From: Fimbriosthenelais zetlandica
Taxonomy: Eukaryota
Assembly (NCBI GenBank): GCA_977030845.1
Contig: OZ365109.1
Location: forward strand, 56,234,001-56,298,000
Reading direction: 5' to 3'
Length of the DNA: 64,000 nucleotides
Shown here: positions 9,206-20,759 of the stretch, piece after piece
Layout: every line of letters begins with the position of its first letter
Position numbering within the stretch: the stretch's first letter is position 1
Notes under the pieces: generated by a model
What the model was told of the DNA's origin: nothing
The model's input: only the letters and a program-made list of their open reading frames with translations
Database searches by the model: none
Made by a program: the position numbers and the translations under genes

Positions 9206-12200
9206 CTGTCAGAGAAAATGAAGAAATAGCTATGATTAATAACCCGAGTATAACTCGATTAGTTAGAGCTTCACTTCACTTGTTATTGACACTCATACAT
9301 TAAGCAACTCACGTCCGTCATTCCAGTCATTCGCACTACCAACCAATCACATTAAAACCAAGTAGGAATCCATGGTAACCCTGGGCAGGCCTGAGAGGTC
9401 GAGGAATCTGCACCCATCTACAGACCTTGATCCTCTTCACAGATCAATCATAATTTTTCAACTAATTCTTTTAACACTTTTGAGATATTCCTCTGACAAG
9501 TGACAGATCTATATCTCTTGCTTACACAATATACCTTAGATTATTTCTTGAATAAAATAATATTTTCTTGCATCGTTATTTTCTTGAAGTGATTTTCAAC
9601 AAGTAAAGGCTTTTAGTTAATGTCTGAAGCGCTATATATGTCATCAACTCTGTGTTTCAGTAAATAAGCATTAAACCTCTAACATGGTTTGGGAAAAGAT
9701 AAAACAACAAAATATGCCTATAAATAAAGTAACAATTATGTCATCTAAAAACCTAAGTCTCTCTAAGCCTATAACATATTTCTATTTCTAAATTAAGATG
9801 GGGTGTGGAACACTCCAGTGAATAAATTGGCACTTCACATCGGAAGCGTTAGAATCCAATCACATTTGGGGTTTGAGGGGGAGAGGCTTCTCAAGCAGCC
9901 CATATTTTAGTAGAACCCAGATGATCCACGCACTGCACTATGGGAAGATGGACCGGAAATATTGACCCCGTCACCAAGGTAATGACCTTGTGGGCAGGCC
10001 AAGGTCAGATGAGCGCCCCGGAAGAACAGGCTCGCCTTTGAGCGTTTGCTTTCCAAGTGATATCCCTTTACGCTTACGATACCATATCAATGCTCGGGCC
10101 AAGTGCACCCAAAGGTTGTTTCTACAATGCAGAAAGAATTCAAATTTCACTGGATATTTGTTCACAGATGGTTAACTTGAATGTCTGTGACCCGGAGTCT
10201 GAAGTGAAGACACAGATTTTTAATCTGTGGAGGAGAGGTCATTAATACTTTTCAATTAGGCCTACATGTATTTTATTAATAGGCCTAGTGAAATATTGTC
10301 TTTAACGTTTCTTTCGTTAGATTCACGAGATACCATCAGAACGATTCTGATATTTCTTTTTCATTGAGCCTAATTTAAAAAGAAATGAACGAGTGAAATT
10401 TAAAACTTAAATATTTTGATGGACGTTTCGCTGAGGCTGAAAAATCAGAAGCAAAGAACAGCAAGTCTCTTCCTAATTTAGGACCAGCTTATTACTAAGT
10501 TTCATGGAAATTGAGATTTTCATGCCTTTCAGTGATATCTATGGTGAATAACTGATTTTCTGAGGGGATCTCTTCATTAAGTATCATGAAGATAATCTAG
10601 TTACAGCATCGATTAGGTGAGAGCTGAGTGGAATTATCAGTCTCTGAGGTCACCAGGTTGTGGCAGATGGTCAGGATTAGCAGTTTTTTCAGACCAAAAG
10701 ACATTAGATTGAACAGCGATGACTAACCAAGGCCAATATCCTTCATCTTGAAAGGGTCAGGATCCAGAAAAAATCACTTATAATTGAGCACTTGCCATGT
10801 TTCCGAACCTACTGACCAAATGGACAGCGTTTAGTTTTCTATAGGGGGATGAGATGAGGGCCTCTTTATTCAGTTACACCCCCTCCCTCCCTCTGAAACA
10901 TTTTCATCACATAATTATGCGAAATTGTAAACTTTTTGGTGACATTGAATCCATCATTTTAATGGGCAATCTTAAGAAAGTGTGATCATAATTGCCTTCT
11001 GAGGAAAGTCAAGGATCGAGCACGAAATTAATATTTGGACCCAACAAATCTTATCTGGTGGAATCAGATTCATTTTCTATATTTTATAATGAATTTTTGG
11101 TCTTTAAATGCACAGTATTTATAAGTATACATTTACACACAGAAACCATGAAGTAAATGTACCACACTTGAATCATAATGTCAAATTCACTCACGAAGTG
11201 TATATATCAGTTGGACATGGGTATAATGCCCAACTTGATGTTAGCCACTTAACCGTTTCATGCAGCTCATTATGACTCTTTTACGACTCAATGATGCATT
11301 AGAGATCCGAGATCCAAGCAAACTCCAGCTGTCAGCCCTCTGCCCCCTCTCACGCCTTCCATCCACTCCCTCGCCTCTCCACTCCTTTCAAACTCAGTAA
11401 TGGAATCCCTCAGGACACCAAAACAAATCCAAAAAATTTAATTCGTTTTTTTCACCGTTCCCTCACAGGATTTATCCAGGACTTCAAGTGCACTTAGCTC
11501 ACATTATATATGGCCAAGAGTCGGACAAAATATCTCTTTATAAGTTTTGTCCAGGAGACAATGGGTCGTGTTGGGGGAAATACACATAGAGAAGAGGGTG
11601 TCAGTCATCACCCCCTTCACTGCCCACTTGTGTTATTTCAGTAAGTGAGATACCTGTTGGCATCCCTTGAATACAAGCAACGATTGTGGGAGAAAAATGC
11701 CCTGCGAAAGGCCGGGCCATTTGACAGATTCCAAAAGGGAAAATCCTTTTTATGTCGGATCAACTTTGTCGCCATGGAAACCCGATGTGATGAACTAAAT
11801 CCCTGTGTATAGGTCAGTTCTAAAGGCAAGTTTGGAAAATTCAAACACGAGTAAACTTGTGCTGCATCTGTTTATGTATATGAGACTGGGTTTATTTAAG
11901 GTAGGTAGGAAATCCAAGAAATTTTGCCTTTTAATATAGGCTCAGCACGGTTAAAATATGTAAATATAAATAATCTAATACTAGCCATAAGGGAAATGAT
12001 GCGCATCCTTTTTAGATAATTCTTCTTTCTAATTTCACGATGACAACTCAACTGCATGGTACACAATTGTTAAAAATAGGAAGGTAATAGCCTTTGCCAG
12101 TAGGTTTCCCCCATCGTTGGCCTTCGTTTAGTTAAAGGACTTTGTTTGGTATAATTTAACTGTGCCCTATAATTGCTTTTCCCCAAACAAGGTCTTGGAC

Positions 12201-13639
12201 AATTCCCTGTTAAAATATGCCAGGTTGTTGACAGGATCTACATGACTGGTTCATTCAGTAACAATGGACTCACTTACACAGTGTGACAGGGGACATGTTC
12301 CAGGCAATGTGCATCCCAGTCGGGTTCCATTTGTCTCTTCTCCCCAGGTACCAATTGACAAGTTTTCTGTGAAACATTTCTCTGAAAAACGGGTCACCTT
12401 TGTTGAATTGTCTTTTCATGCATTGACATTGTGCATGAATGTTTCAGAACTTCCTTTAAATGATTAAGAAATTGAGCTTTCTAGAGGTCATAAATATTCT
12501 TAACAATGTAAGACAAAGACAACTTTGAAATCAATAAAAATTTTCACTGAAATCGTTCCCTTCCCTAAGGGCTTGGACATCAGAATGACCTTCTGAAATG
12601 CAAATTAGTACTTATAGGACGGATCAGATGGCTGGACAGCCTTGCCAGTCAGTATAGCCTACGGGTAAAATTAGTTCTCAAGGTTTGCTAATGTCTGGAA
12701 GGCACCCCGAAGCGACCTCCAAATGATAAGGTAAAAAGTGGCATGTGTGTAAGGGAACCCAATGGGTTCATCCCCAACTATCTACGTCTGTTCCCTGAAG
12801 GGCAATGTTGTCCATTGATAAGAAGACTTGTTTACTTCAGCCCAGGTGTGGACAGATAACTTACCGGTCAAGTGGTCAAGTAGCCAGTCATATAACCTGG
12901 CACTGACCTCAGGCATCTGTCCACTCCTGTCCTTGACCCCTATGTTGGAAGGTTTCTGGTCGATTTCCTAAGTCTCAGATTGCATTGGCGGGGAGTACTT
13001 TCAAGTGGGAATAGAATAGTAATTAATACCCAGAATCAATTATGATCAAGCTGATAGGCCTTACCTAGGTAGCTCTCGGTTGGTTGACTGGGACAAAAGG
13101 CTGGGCAATTGGATACTTGTGGATACGCCTAGCGGCCCGCCATGGCATGCATGGTTCAATGCATGTTTCATACGGGTGTTCTCTTTGGCTGGGCATTGTG
13201 TTTCAAGACAGAAAACATGGTAAAGGTTTGTGTGTTGTCTTCCTCAAAGGGAATAATGGTTGAATGAACAATGTATTTACCCTCAGTCCATCCTCAAAGA
13301 AATGAAGATATTACTACCGTATTCAGAAGTTATTTGCTCTGATTTTGATCAAGGGGTATTATATCCAGAACTTCTTCTGAACTTCGCTCAAGTCTTTTCC
13401 AAGGAATATATTCATGTACTCACAAAGAAGGCCGCTATAGTCGACAAACTCGTCAAGCTTTATAGAGATTTTTCTCGAAATAGTCTAAATAAGAATGCTG
13501 TGAGGTTATAGGCCTAATGAATATTTATTCGACAATTTCTATCTTGCGTCTCTCTTCATATTTCCATTTGACGTTTAATCTATTTTAGTCTGTCTGTCTA
13601 TCACGTTGTTTGCCCTGTCTGGTTTCCATTCTTTACCCC

Positions 13640-14040
13640 CATGTCCATCTCTCTCTAATCATTTTTCCACCTTTCACCTTATTCCTGTTAACATCACCCG
13701 ACCCCCCCTGTGGACCGCAGCCTCCAGCATATCCCCGCTACCAAGCCTGACCTCCCTGACATATCCAGAGAGATCAAAAAGGGCAAGCGGTCACTCATTC
13801 CTCCCTCATCTCCCTCCCACAATCACCACGGCTGTCAGCCCGCCCCGCACTATCCATGTCACTTAACTCTCTATTGTCAATCTACGAGTTGCTCGCATCA
13901 GCTCGCCATCTGCTCTCTGTCACCGTTCAACCCTTTCACGCCTCCCCCGCCCCCCTCCGACTGCCAGAGGCAATGCCTCAAGGCCAGTTTGATCCCATGT
14001 ATTATTCAGAAGAGCATTGCATTCGCCCAGACCAATGTTT
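13640..14040 (+). mobile_element. Decayed L2-like RT fragment
   Basis: DISREIKKGKRSLI, then LLSIYELLASARHLLSVTV...ASPAPLRLPEAMPQG (cf. WF.SYL..R...V.V....S.P....GVPQG), with frameshifts. Confidence 0.33.
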
Positions 14041-14764
14041 AATGCTGATTTTTTCCGGTGATAAATATTAGCTTTCTGCCATGGTCGGACGGCTGGGATG
14101 GACACGGCTTTCTCCTGGGCACACAAATATATTCAGTTGGAATCAAAGGGTCGGATGTGATATAGAGATGATCTGATTTCATTTCCCAATTTTCTATTTA
14201 GCTTTGCCCTTTCCCCACAAACTATACAGTGGCCACTGTATATCTCTAAGAAAAGTGGAATACATTTTTTATTATGCATTTTGCGGATATATTGAAGTTT
14301 TACAAACTCCATCAAACTCTATGATTTATAAGATATAAGTTAGAAGCATAAAAATCCTCGTCCTTCTGATAAACTTCACCGATCAATTCCATTGAAACTA
14401 AAATTACTTTGCAGAAACTTGATCAAAAACTTAATCATAGGGTCCAATGTTAAGAATATCTAAATTAAACTAGGAAGAGATCGGAATTAAAGGTTTAGAA
14501 TGGGCGACACCCAATGAGTGTGATATGCGAGCAGGGGATATAGCTGACCTTTAATTCACAAGTCCATGCACCCCAGGCAATGAATTCGATCCCTGCTCAG
14601 AAGGAGAAGATCATAACAATGATTTTGGACATTTTTACCCCCAGGCTGCATTAGCACAAAGGGAAAGGGGCAGTGGGGCCTTTATAAGGTCAATAACCCT
14701 TGACATGGTCAGGCCAAGAATTTTGAGTTGGCTTTTAGTAGGTTCATACAGAGAGGACTGTCTT

Positions 14765-14960
14765 CTGTAGCATGCAGATTGGGTGCAGTCTTCTACACAG
14801 TCTCGACTGAGTTCTGTTCCCAGCAGATCATGTGTCGCGAATACAGAGTCCGACAGATTGGGACCAACCTCATGCAGATTTCGGTCGTTTAATGCACAAT
14901 GTGCCAGATTTTGTCCTGAAGGTTTGGTTCATGCAGTCTCCCGCATACTGGTCCAGTCTC
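14765..14960 (+). repeat. Highly decayed member of the 21-bp minisatellite family
   Basis: Recurring gcagattgggtgcagtct, cagattgggaccaacctcatgcagattt and tggtccagtctc. Confidence 0.45.
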
Positions 14961-15483
14961 TTACTGAATTATCATATCCAATGTCTGCAATACTTTTTAA
15001 TGACATGCTCCAGTCCCCTTATTAAAGACTCAGTCTTTACGTTGTTATTAGTAAAATTCATTTGTTCAGGAATTTCTAGCTCACCTACTCGACAGAAAAA
15101 TGTTGAAAATGAAAGTTAATTTATTCTTGATTTGGTGGGGGGAAACGAGAGAGAAAGTGATGTAAATTACATCTCCCAGGGGGATGAATAATGGATATAT
15201 CATTCATTGTCACCCATTCTTTTTCAACAAGCAGCAATCTGTCTTTTAGAATCAGCTGGAAAAGGATCAAGGAGAAATTCCCCCAGTTCTACTGCATGGA
15301 GCTGCTTATCAATCATATTGATTCATTGGCTTTCTTTCGGCAATACATTTTCTTTTGTTTCTGACTTTGTTTTATTAATGGCTTTCTTCATCAGTTGCTG
15401 TACAAACTGTTGCAGTTCTTACTACATGCATTGTTTAACAATGTATCCACAGTTTATTTGGAAATAAAATTAGATGAATAAAA

Positions 15484-15521
15484 TAGATGAATAATCTACA
15501 CATAGATGAATAATCTACACA
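15484..15521 (+). repeat. Perfect 19-bp tandem duplication
   Basis: tagatgaataatctacaca occurs twice, preceded by a partial tagatgaataa at 15471. Confidence 0.9.
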
Positions 15522-16483
15522 TGAAAAATGTATATCTCTTTAAAATAATTTTAGAATCATTATTACAAACTAAGATCCGGTCGATAGGCCTATATTTGCA
15601 TTTTCCCCAATCAATCCAATGTAAAATGGAAGTATCTGTTTTTCAGTGTATGGTATTTGGTCATATAACACAACAAACTTGTTTTTAAATAGCTAGCAGA
15701 AAGGAAACTCCGCTATTTTCAAAGCCTCACCCCTGGGGACACTGATGGGGATTTCACAAGTGCTAAATTCTGCTGCTTGTTAAATCTCTGACGGCTGTTT
15801 CACCTGTTTGTCTACAAAATCCTCAAAAACAATCAAGGCAAAAACATCCATCACCCTGCCCCTAAGGCGATCAGGACTCAGTTCAAACGACAAACAAGTC
15901 CTACCTCACTCACCGCCCTTCACAATCACTAATCATCTCATTCCAAAGTACTTTTGGTTCCTATCACCTCTCAAAGCCTTCGGGCATATAAAACAACACC
16001 CGAACTGTAACCATTTGACTGATTTTGAGTTGTGTTCTGGTGGTTAAAGCACAAAATGGCTGGAGAATGAGGTGATTTGATTGAGCATGCAGTCCTGAAT
16101 GGAAGACATGCATGGTATTGTTTGATGTGGTAAATTACCGAAAGAAATTGGTGTAGGACTTGTTTTGGTTAATTTATGAAAATACCATGTAGATAGTTAA
16201 CAAATGCGGTTAATGTTTAATCCTAGTCTAATAAGGATACAATAAAATGGTCGACGTTTTTGATAAGAAACTAAGGTGATTGGATATGACGGTCAGTTGA
16301 CACCTTCCATGCGATATTCATCAGTCTTGACAACCTTGAATATTCGGCAGTTTCAAATGTTTCAAATGAAGGGAAACACTTTAGTTGTATTGGGTTCCTG
16401 GCATTCCACCACTTGGTGGTCTTGGTTTGGGTCGTACAAGCTGACAACAGGCCTGTGATAACTCACTCAACACAGACGAGACA

Positions 16484-16700
16484 CTAGTAGCTGGGAGGGT
16501 GGGGCAGGGCGGGGGGAGATGGGTGAATAGAGAAGATACAGACAGAGGGAGTGTGAGAGAGGAATAAGGAGATAAAGAGAGAGAAAGGGGGAGAGTCAGA
16601 TAGGAGAGTGAGTGGGGAGACAGGATAGATGGTGGCGAGAGAGGAGAGACGGGGGGTGAGAGTGGAGAGGGAGGGAGGGAGACTGAGGGAGAGAGATCCA
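16484..16700 (+). repeat. Purine-rich (GA) low-complexity tract
   Basis: Degenerate GGAGA/GAGA tract. Similar tracts occur at 18190-18385, 35570-35700, 55200-55375 and 62260-62530, and on the other strand at 36750-36970, 40480-40650, 47790-47975 and 56230-56460. Confidence 0.85.
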
Positions 16701-19700
16701 GGTGTGATACTATCCATGGTAAGTCCCACCCCACATTTGTCTTTCACACTCAACACAGACTTCACACTTCAAAACTTTCCCCAGACCGCTCCTCACTCAA
16801 ACAAGGTTAGAGGCAATGTCAATTTAATTATCTTTTTATAGCAAGAAAGAGATAACCTTGGAAACTTCCTACCAAGGGCACAAAGGGTACAAACCTACCA
16901 TATGTTTTAGACAGAGGCAGACAAATATTCGGTAACAAAATAAATAACCAACAATTGTGATTTTACATTTTTTTAAAGTACAAATTTACAAATCTTACCT
17001 TGATCTGTTTGTAGGACGGTGAATGGACATCACATGAAAGAAAGAAAAAAGGACATTAGAATATTTTCTCAAGATAAGGGTAACCGTTAACAATCCCCAC
17101 TTTCCTAAACTACTCATAAAAACTCTCCATGCTTTAGAAGGACTATTGAAGGACTTTTTATAGGGTCATGTTAACATGTTTTAATTCCATAGGCGGACCT
17201 TAATAATATAGGGCCATGGAAGGATATTAAGGGTATATGTATGTAGACCCATGTAAGGACTTAAGTGTGAGTATTTCCTATTTAAAGACGCCTCCTCCTA
17301 CATATTCCCCCAACCATTGAGTGTATGTATATTGAGTGTGATTAATGCAGTCGCAGGTCGGTAGAGGGCTTGTGGTTGGATCCCTCTAAACTTCACCTCC
17401 GCTCCTAACATCCCACCAGACCTGTCCTACACCAGGGCACGCTCCCCAGGGCAATGGTAAACATCTCCCGGGTCTACGGGAGGAAAGCAATGCAAACAAT
17501 TACCAATGCCAATCACTATATAGGTGCTCCCCAGCCCGCCAACTACCATTCAATGTCAGGCTTTTTATACGCTTTTGATAGCATTTCAAGCTGGTTGATA
17601 AAAGAATTTTCAAATGTTTTTGTTATTTATTGTCTGTATTTCCAAAACTGTGTTAGCATCTTAGCAAATATTAACATCCAGTAGCTAAGAAAAAATTAAC
17701 ATCCACTAGCTATGATTCCGGTTTTGCAGGCATTTGTGTGAAAATTGGAAGCAAAAATGAATCAAATATCCCATTGCACATTGGCAAAATGTACACATGC
17801 TGCATGTCTTTTACAGCTGTTGGTAATTACCAACAAAAGCATGATTTAAATACATTATTCTAACGGCTGTACTGTCTGTATAGATCAATATTGAATAGAA
17901 AATTGTACATTTCGCCAATAAAGGGCAGTGGGGATTGAATAATTCTGTGGTGGATTAAAGATCTGTTGACGCACATGGGGAAATCACAGATTGACGTGGA
18001 GAGTCTATTACTTATGGGAGGGAGAGAGGGAGAGTGAAGTGCGAAGGAAATCTCTGAGCATCAGGTGGGAGAGTGAAAGGGTAAATTTACAGAGTGTCAG
18101 TAGTGTGTCATGAGGGAGGGTTGGGTCGGGTAAAACAATATGATGACTGACCCAACATGACTCAGGCCCGCGTGGTGGAGCAATTAGAGATGCTTACCTT
18201 CCTTTATATGGTTGGGGTGGGGGATGGGAGGTGGTGGTAGGGAATTAGGGAAGGGTGGCGAAGGGAAGGGTGATTCGGCAGGCATGGGGTGGTGTAGGGG
18301 ATGTGAGGGTTGGAGGAAAGCAGGGAGGGGGTGGATAGTATGGGGATGACTGTGTTGAAGGGTGTAGGGGAGAGGGTGAGGGATCACAAGGTAACTGCTC
18401 CCCCTATACTAAAGGTATAAATATACTTAAAACCCTAATTCTATACCCATTAACAAATAACTGGGGATGGTGCGGATTTATCATCTGAGTACCCAAATCC
18501 AGTAACCTTGGCAACCCTAAGAGGGGTTATGGGATAATGTAGGGGGGGGGGGTGCAGAGCCAAATGAACGACATTAGTTGGCAGAATGCAAAGTGCAAAG
18601 TGGGGGCGTGCATGCAAGGATGTGCTCTGAGCAGGAGCTCGCACATCTGAGGATAATTGGTTTGTTTTGATTGGGATCTTCGTGCACCATCACAAAAGGT
18701 TTAATCTTTTAAAGTGCCCGCTACCTGAGGGTGGTAGGATCGTCCGGATTAGTAGTTAATTAACTGGATATGACCAGATGCTTCATCTAATGAAAGACAC
18801 TCACGAAATGTAAGGGAAAAGATCGGCGTGTTTTATGTGTAAGAACAATGGTAGTTTACACAATGGTATCATCCCACAGAATAAAATACTTCATATTAGG
18901 CATACAGTACATATTTCATATACCCTTTCATTCCTGTACCTTAGGCAGTATTTGTAAACTATTCAAATCATTCAATGTGCATGGAAAATGTCTACATAAA
19001 TTCTGTTTGTGTAATATGGATACCACAAACAACTGCAAAATCTACATTTTTCCAATAAGCCTAATGCTCAATGGGGTTACATAATACTGCATCCAACTCC
19101 AAATGGATTCAAAATTCAATTTAGAAAATGAACACCCTGGGTGGTAGACGGGAATATGGTAATTATTGAAAGTAAATCATCAACAATGTTCGTGTATAAG
19201 TTTCCGTCAGAAGATACAGACATGAAACCATTGTGATGGGTAACTAAATGGTGGATCTAAATCAAGGGAACTCACAATGGTTTGAAAGAAGACGCCAAGA
19301 TGGATGACATAATCCCTATCTTCAGCCAAAACTCCTAAATCAAACTTCATCATTTGCTCTCGTTACAACATCTAATTCAAGGCTGAGAGGAGAGGTAACA
19401 CATTGTAATATATCCCAGGGATGTGAGATGTGAGTAGGGGGTGAAGGAGGCCTGCTTTTATACCAGATAGGCAAGGCTATAATCTCCGCCTCAAGGACCA
19501 CCCCAGGGGCACCTGAGTGTGGAAGAAAATGGTAGGGGCGGATGGATACAACAGTACTTCGGCCCGTCCTCCTCCGCTAATGACAAGGTATGAGAAAAAA
19601 TGGTACAGAGCAAAAGAGTCCCTTTAATTCAGTAACCGACCATGGGAATGCATTCATGCGAGGAGTCTCTATGGAGCAAATATACCCCCAGGTAATACCA

Positions 19701-20231
19701 CCGAGGAAATCCAAGAAAAAATGACATAAAATATCAATATTGCACAGAAAAAATACCGTTAAGTAGTGATTAGGAAATATCATTTGTGAGCGTACCCTGG
19801 ATTGGGTTCCCTTTGGCTTAGAAAAACATTGCAACACAAAAAGTTTTTTCTGTAGACTTGAGTTTCCGATTTCCGGTGTTGATAGGGTGGGATTTTTGTC
19901 CGTGCGAGAAGGCTATTATCAAAGCATTGGAAGTTACCAGCCCCGCTTCTCAGAAACCAAACAAGGCCGATGATGTGGCCCATCAAACACTTCCAGAATA
20001 ACTTTATAGTCTTATGAATATATAGTTTAATGGAGGAGATGAATTATTAACTAATGAGCAAAATCATGTTGATAGGAGATTTTAACCTAGATGAACATAG
20101 TAAACGTAAGGACATAGGTTTTTTCTCTCGAAATACATTACCTGAATTAGATGTTGGTCTGGGGCTCACTTTAGGTGAAAAAACGTGCTTGGGAGTTCGA
20201 AGAGGGGATTTGGTTTGAAAGAGAAAAATCA

Positions 20232-20305
20232 TGACCTTGGTGGGATTCGAACCCATGTTCTTGTACTACTCTAAATGGCACCTTAACCATTTAGGCCACC
20301 GAATC
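20232..20305 (-). pseudogene. tRNA-Leu(UAG)-derived cassette with T5 terminator (5'-truncated counterpart at 6282-6335)
   Basis: The reverse complement is GATTCGG TGGCCTAAATGGTTAAGG TGCC ATTTAG AGTAGTACAAGAAC ATGGG TTCGAAT CCCAC CAAGGTC A tga TTTTT. It has an A box, perfect B box, an ATTTAG loop as in tRNA-Leu(TAG), a partly paired acceptor and a TATA-like tttatata upstream. In copy 1, 50 nt including the A box are replaced by 3 nt. Confidence 0.55.
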
Positions 20306-20670
20306 TGCTATAAGAACACGGGTGTATATAAACGTTATACAAGTAAGGGAGTTAGAATAAATAAGCAGTTGGAAAAAAAGCGAAAACGCGGAACATGGCA
20401 GGAATCGAAGCTAGTTTGACATGCCCCTCGTATTGAGAGTTCATCTCTTTAACCATTCGGCCACTGACTGCTTGGATCTGTTGGTGTTCAACAAATTGTG
20501 GTACATGAGAAGCGACGGTGAAAAGGAAAATACATTTAATATCAATTCACAATTTAAAACTTTTAAAAACTACCGAATGTATCAGCTGAATGTGTCTGGT
20601 CAGTAGAATAATCAACCTCCGTGGTTGGGGAGGTTCTGGAAATATTACCATTTGGTTTACTACCTCTAAC

Positions 20671-20759
20671 GGCTGTTCTCGTTGGCCCAGTGGTCAAGGT
20701 CGCTGGTAGTCTGATGTAAGTTTTAACAGACTCGTGGGTTCGAATCCCCACAACAGCCA
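20671..20759 (+). ncRNA. tRNA-Leu-like Pol III cassette, probable SINE head (body runs to an A-tract near 21000-21010), inside copy 2
   Basis: GGCTGTT ctcgt TGGCCCAGTGGTCAAGG tcgctggt AGTCTG-13 nt-CAGACT c GTGGG TTCGAAT CCCCAC AACAGCC A. It has a perfect 7-bp acceptor stem, A box, B box and a 6-bp central stem. Extra bases after the acceptor and an oversized central loop mean it is not a canonical tRNA. Confidence 0.65.

Noticed and set aside
11600-13510. Coding-looking stretch (possible transposase fossil)
   Set aside because: All frames have frequent stops and I could not match an ordered motif set. A frameshift-aware search would be needed.
14528-14598. tRNA/SINE-like unit bounded by GAGCAGGG...CCCTGCTC
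   Set aside because: Only a weak B-box-like GAATTCGATCC and an 8-bp inverted repeat are present, with no convincing A box or arms.
19000-19957. Possible viral/Polinton-like coding remnant next to copy 2
   Set aside because: The open stretches are short (tens of codons) and have no identifiable motif.
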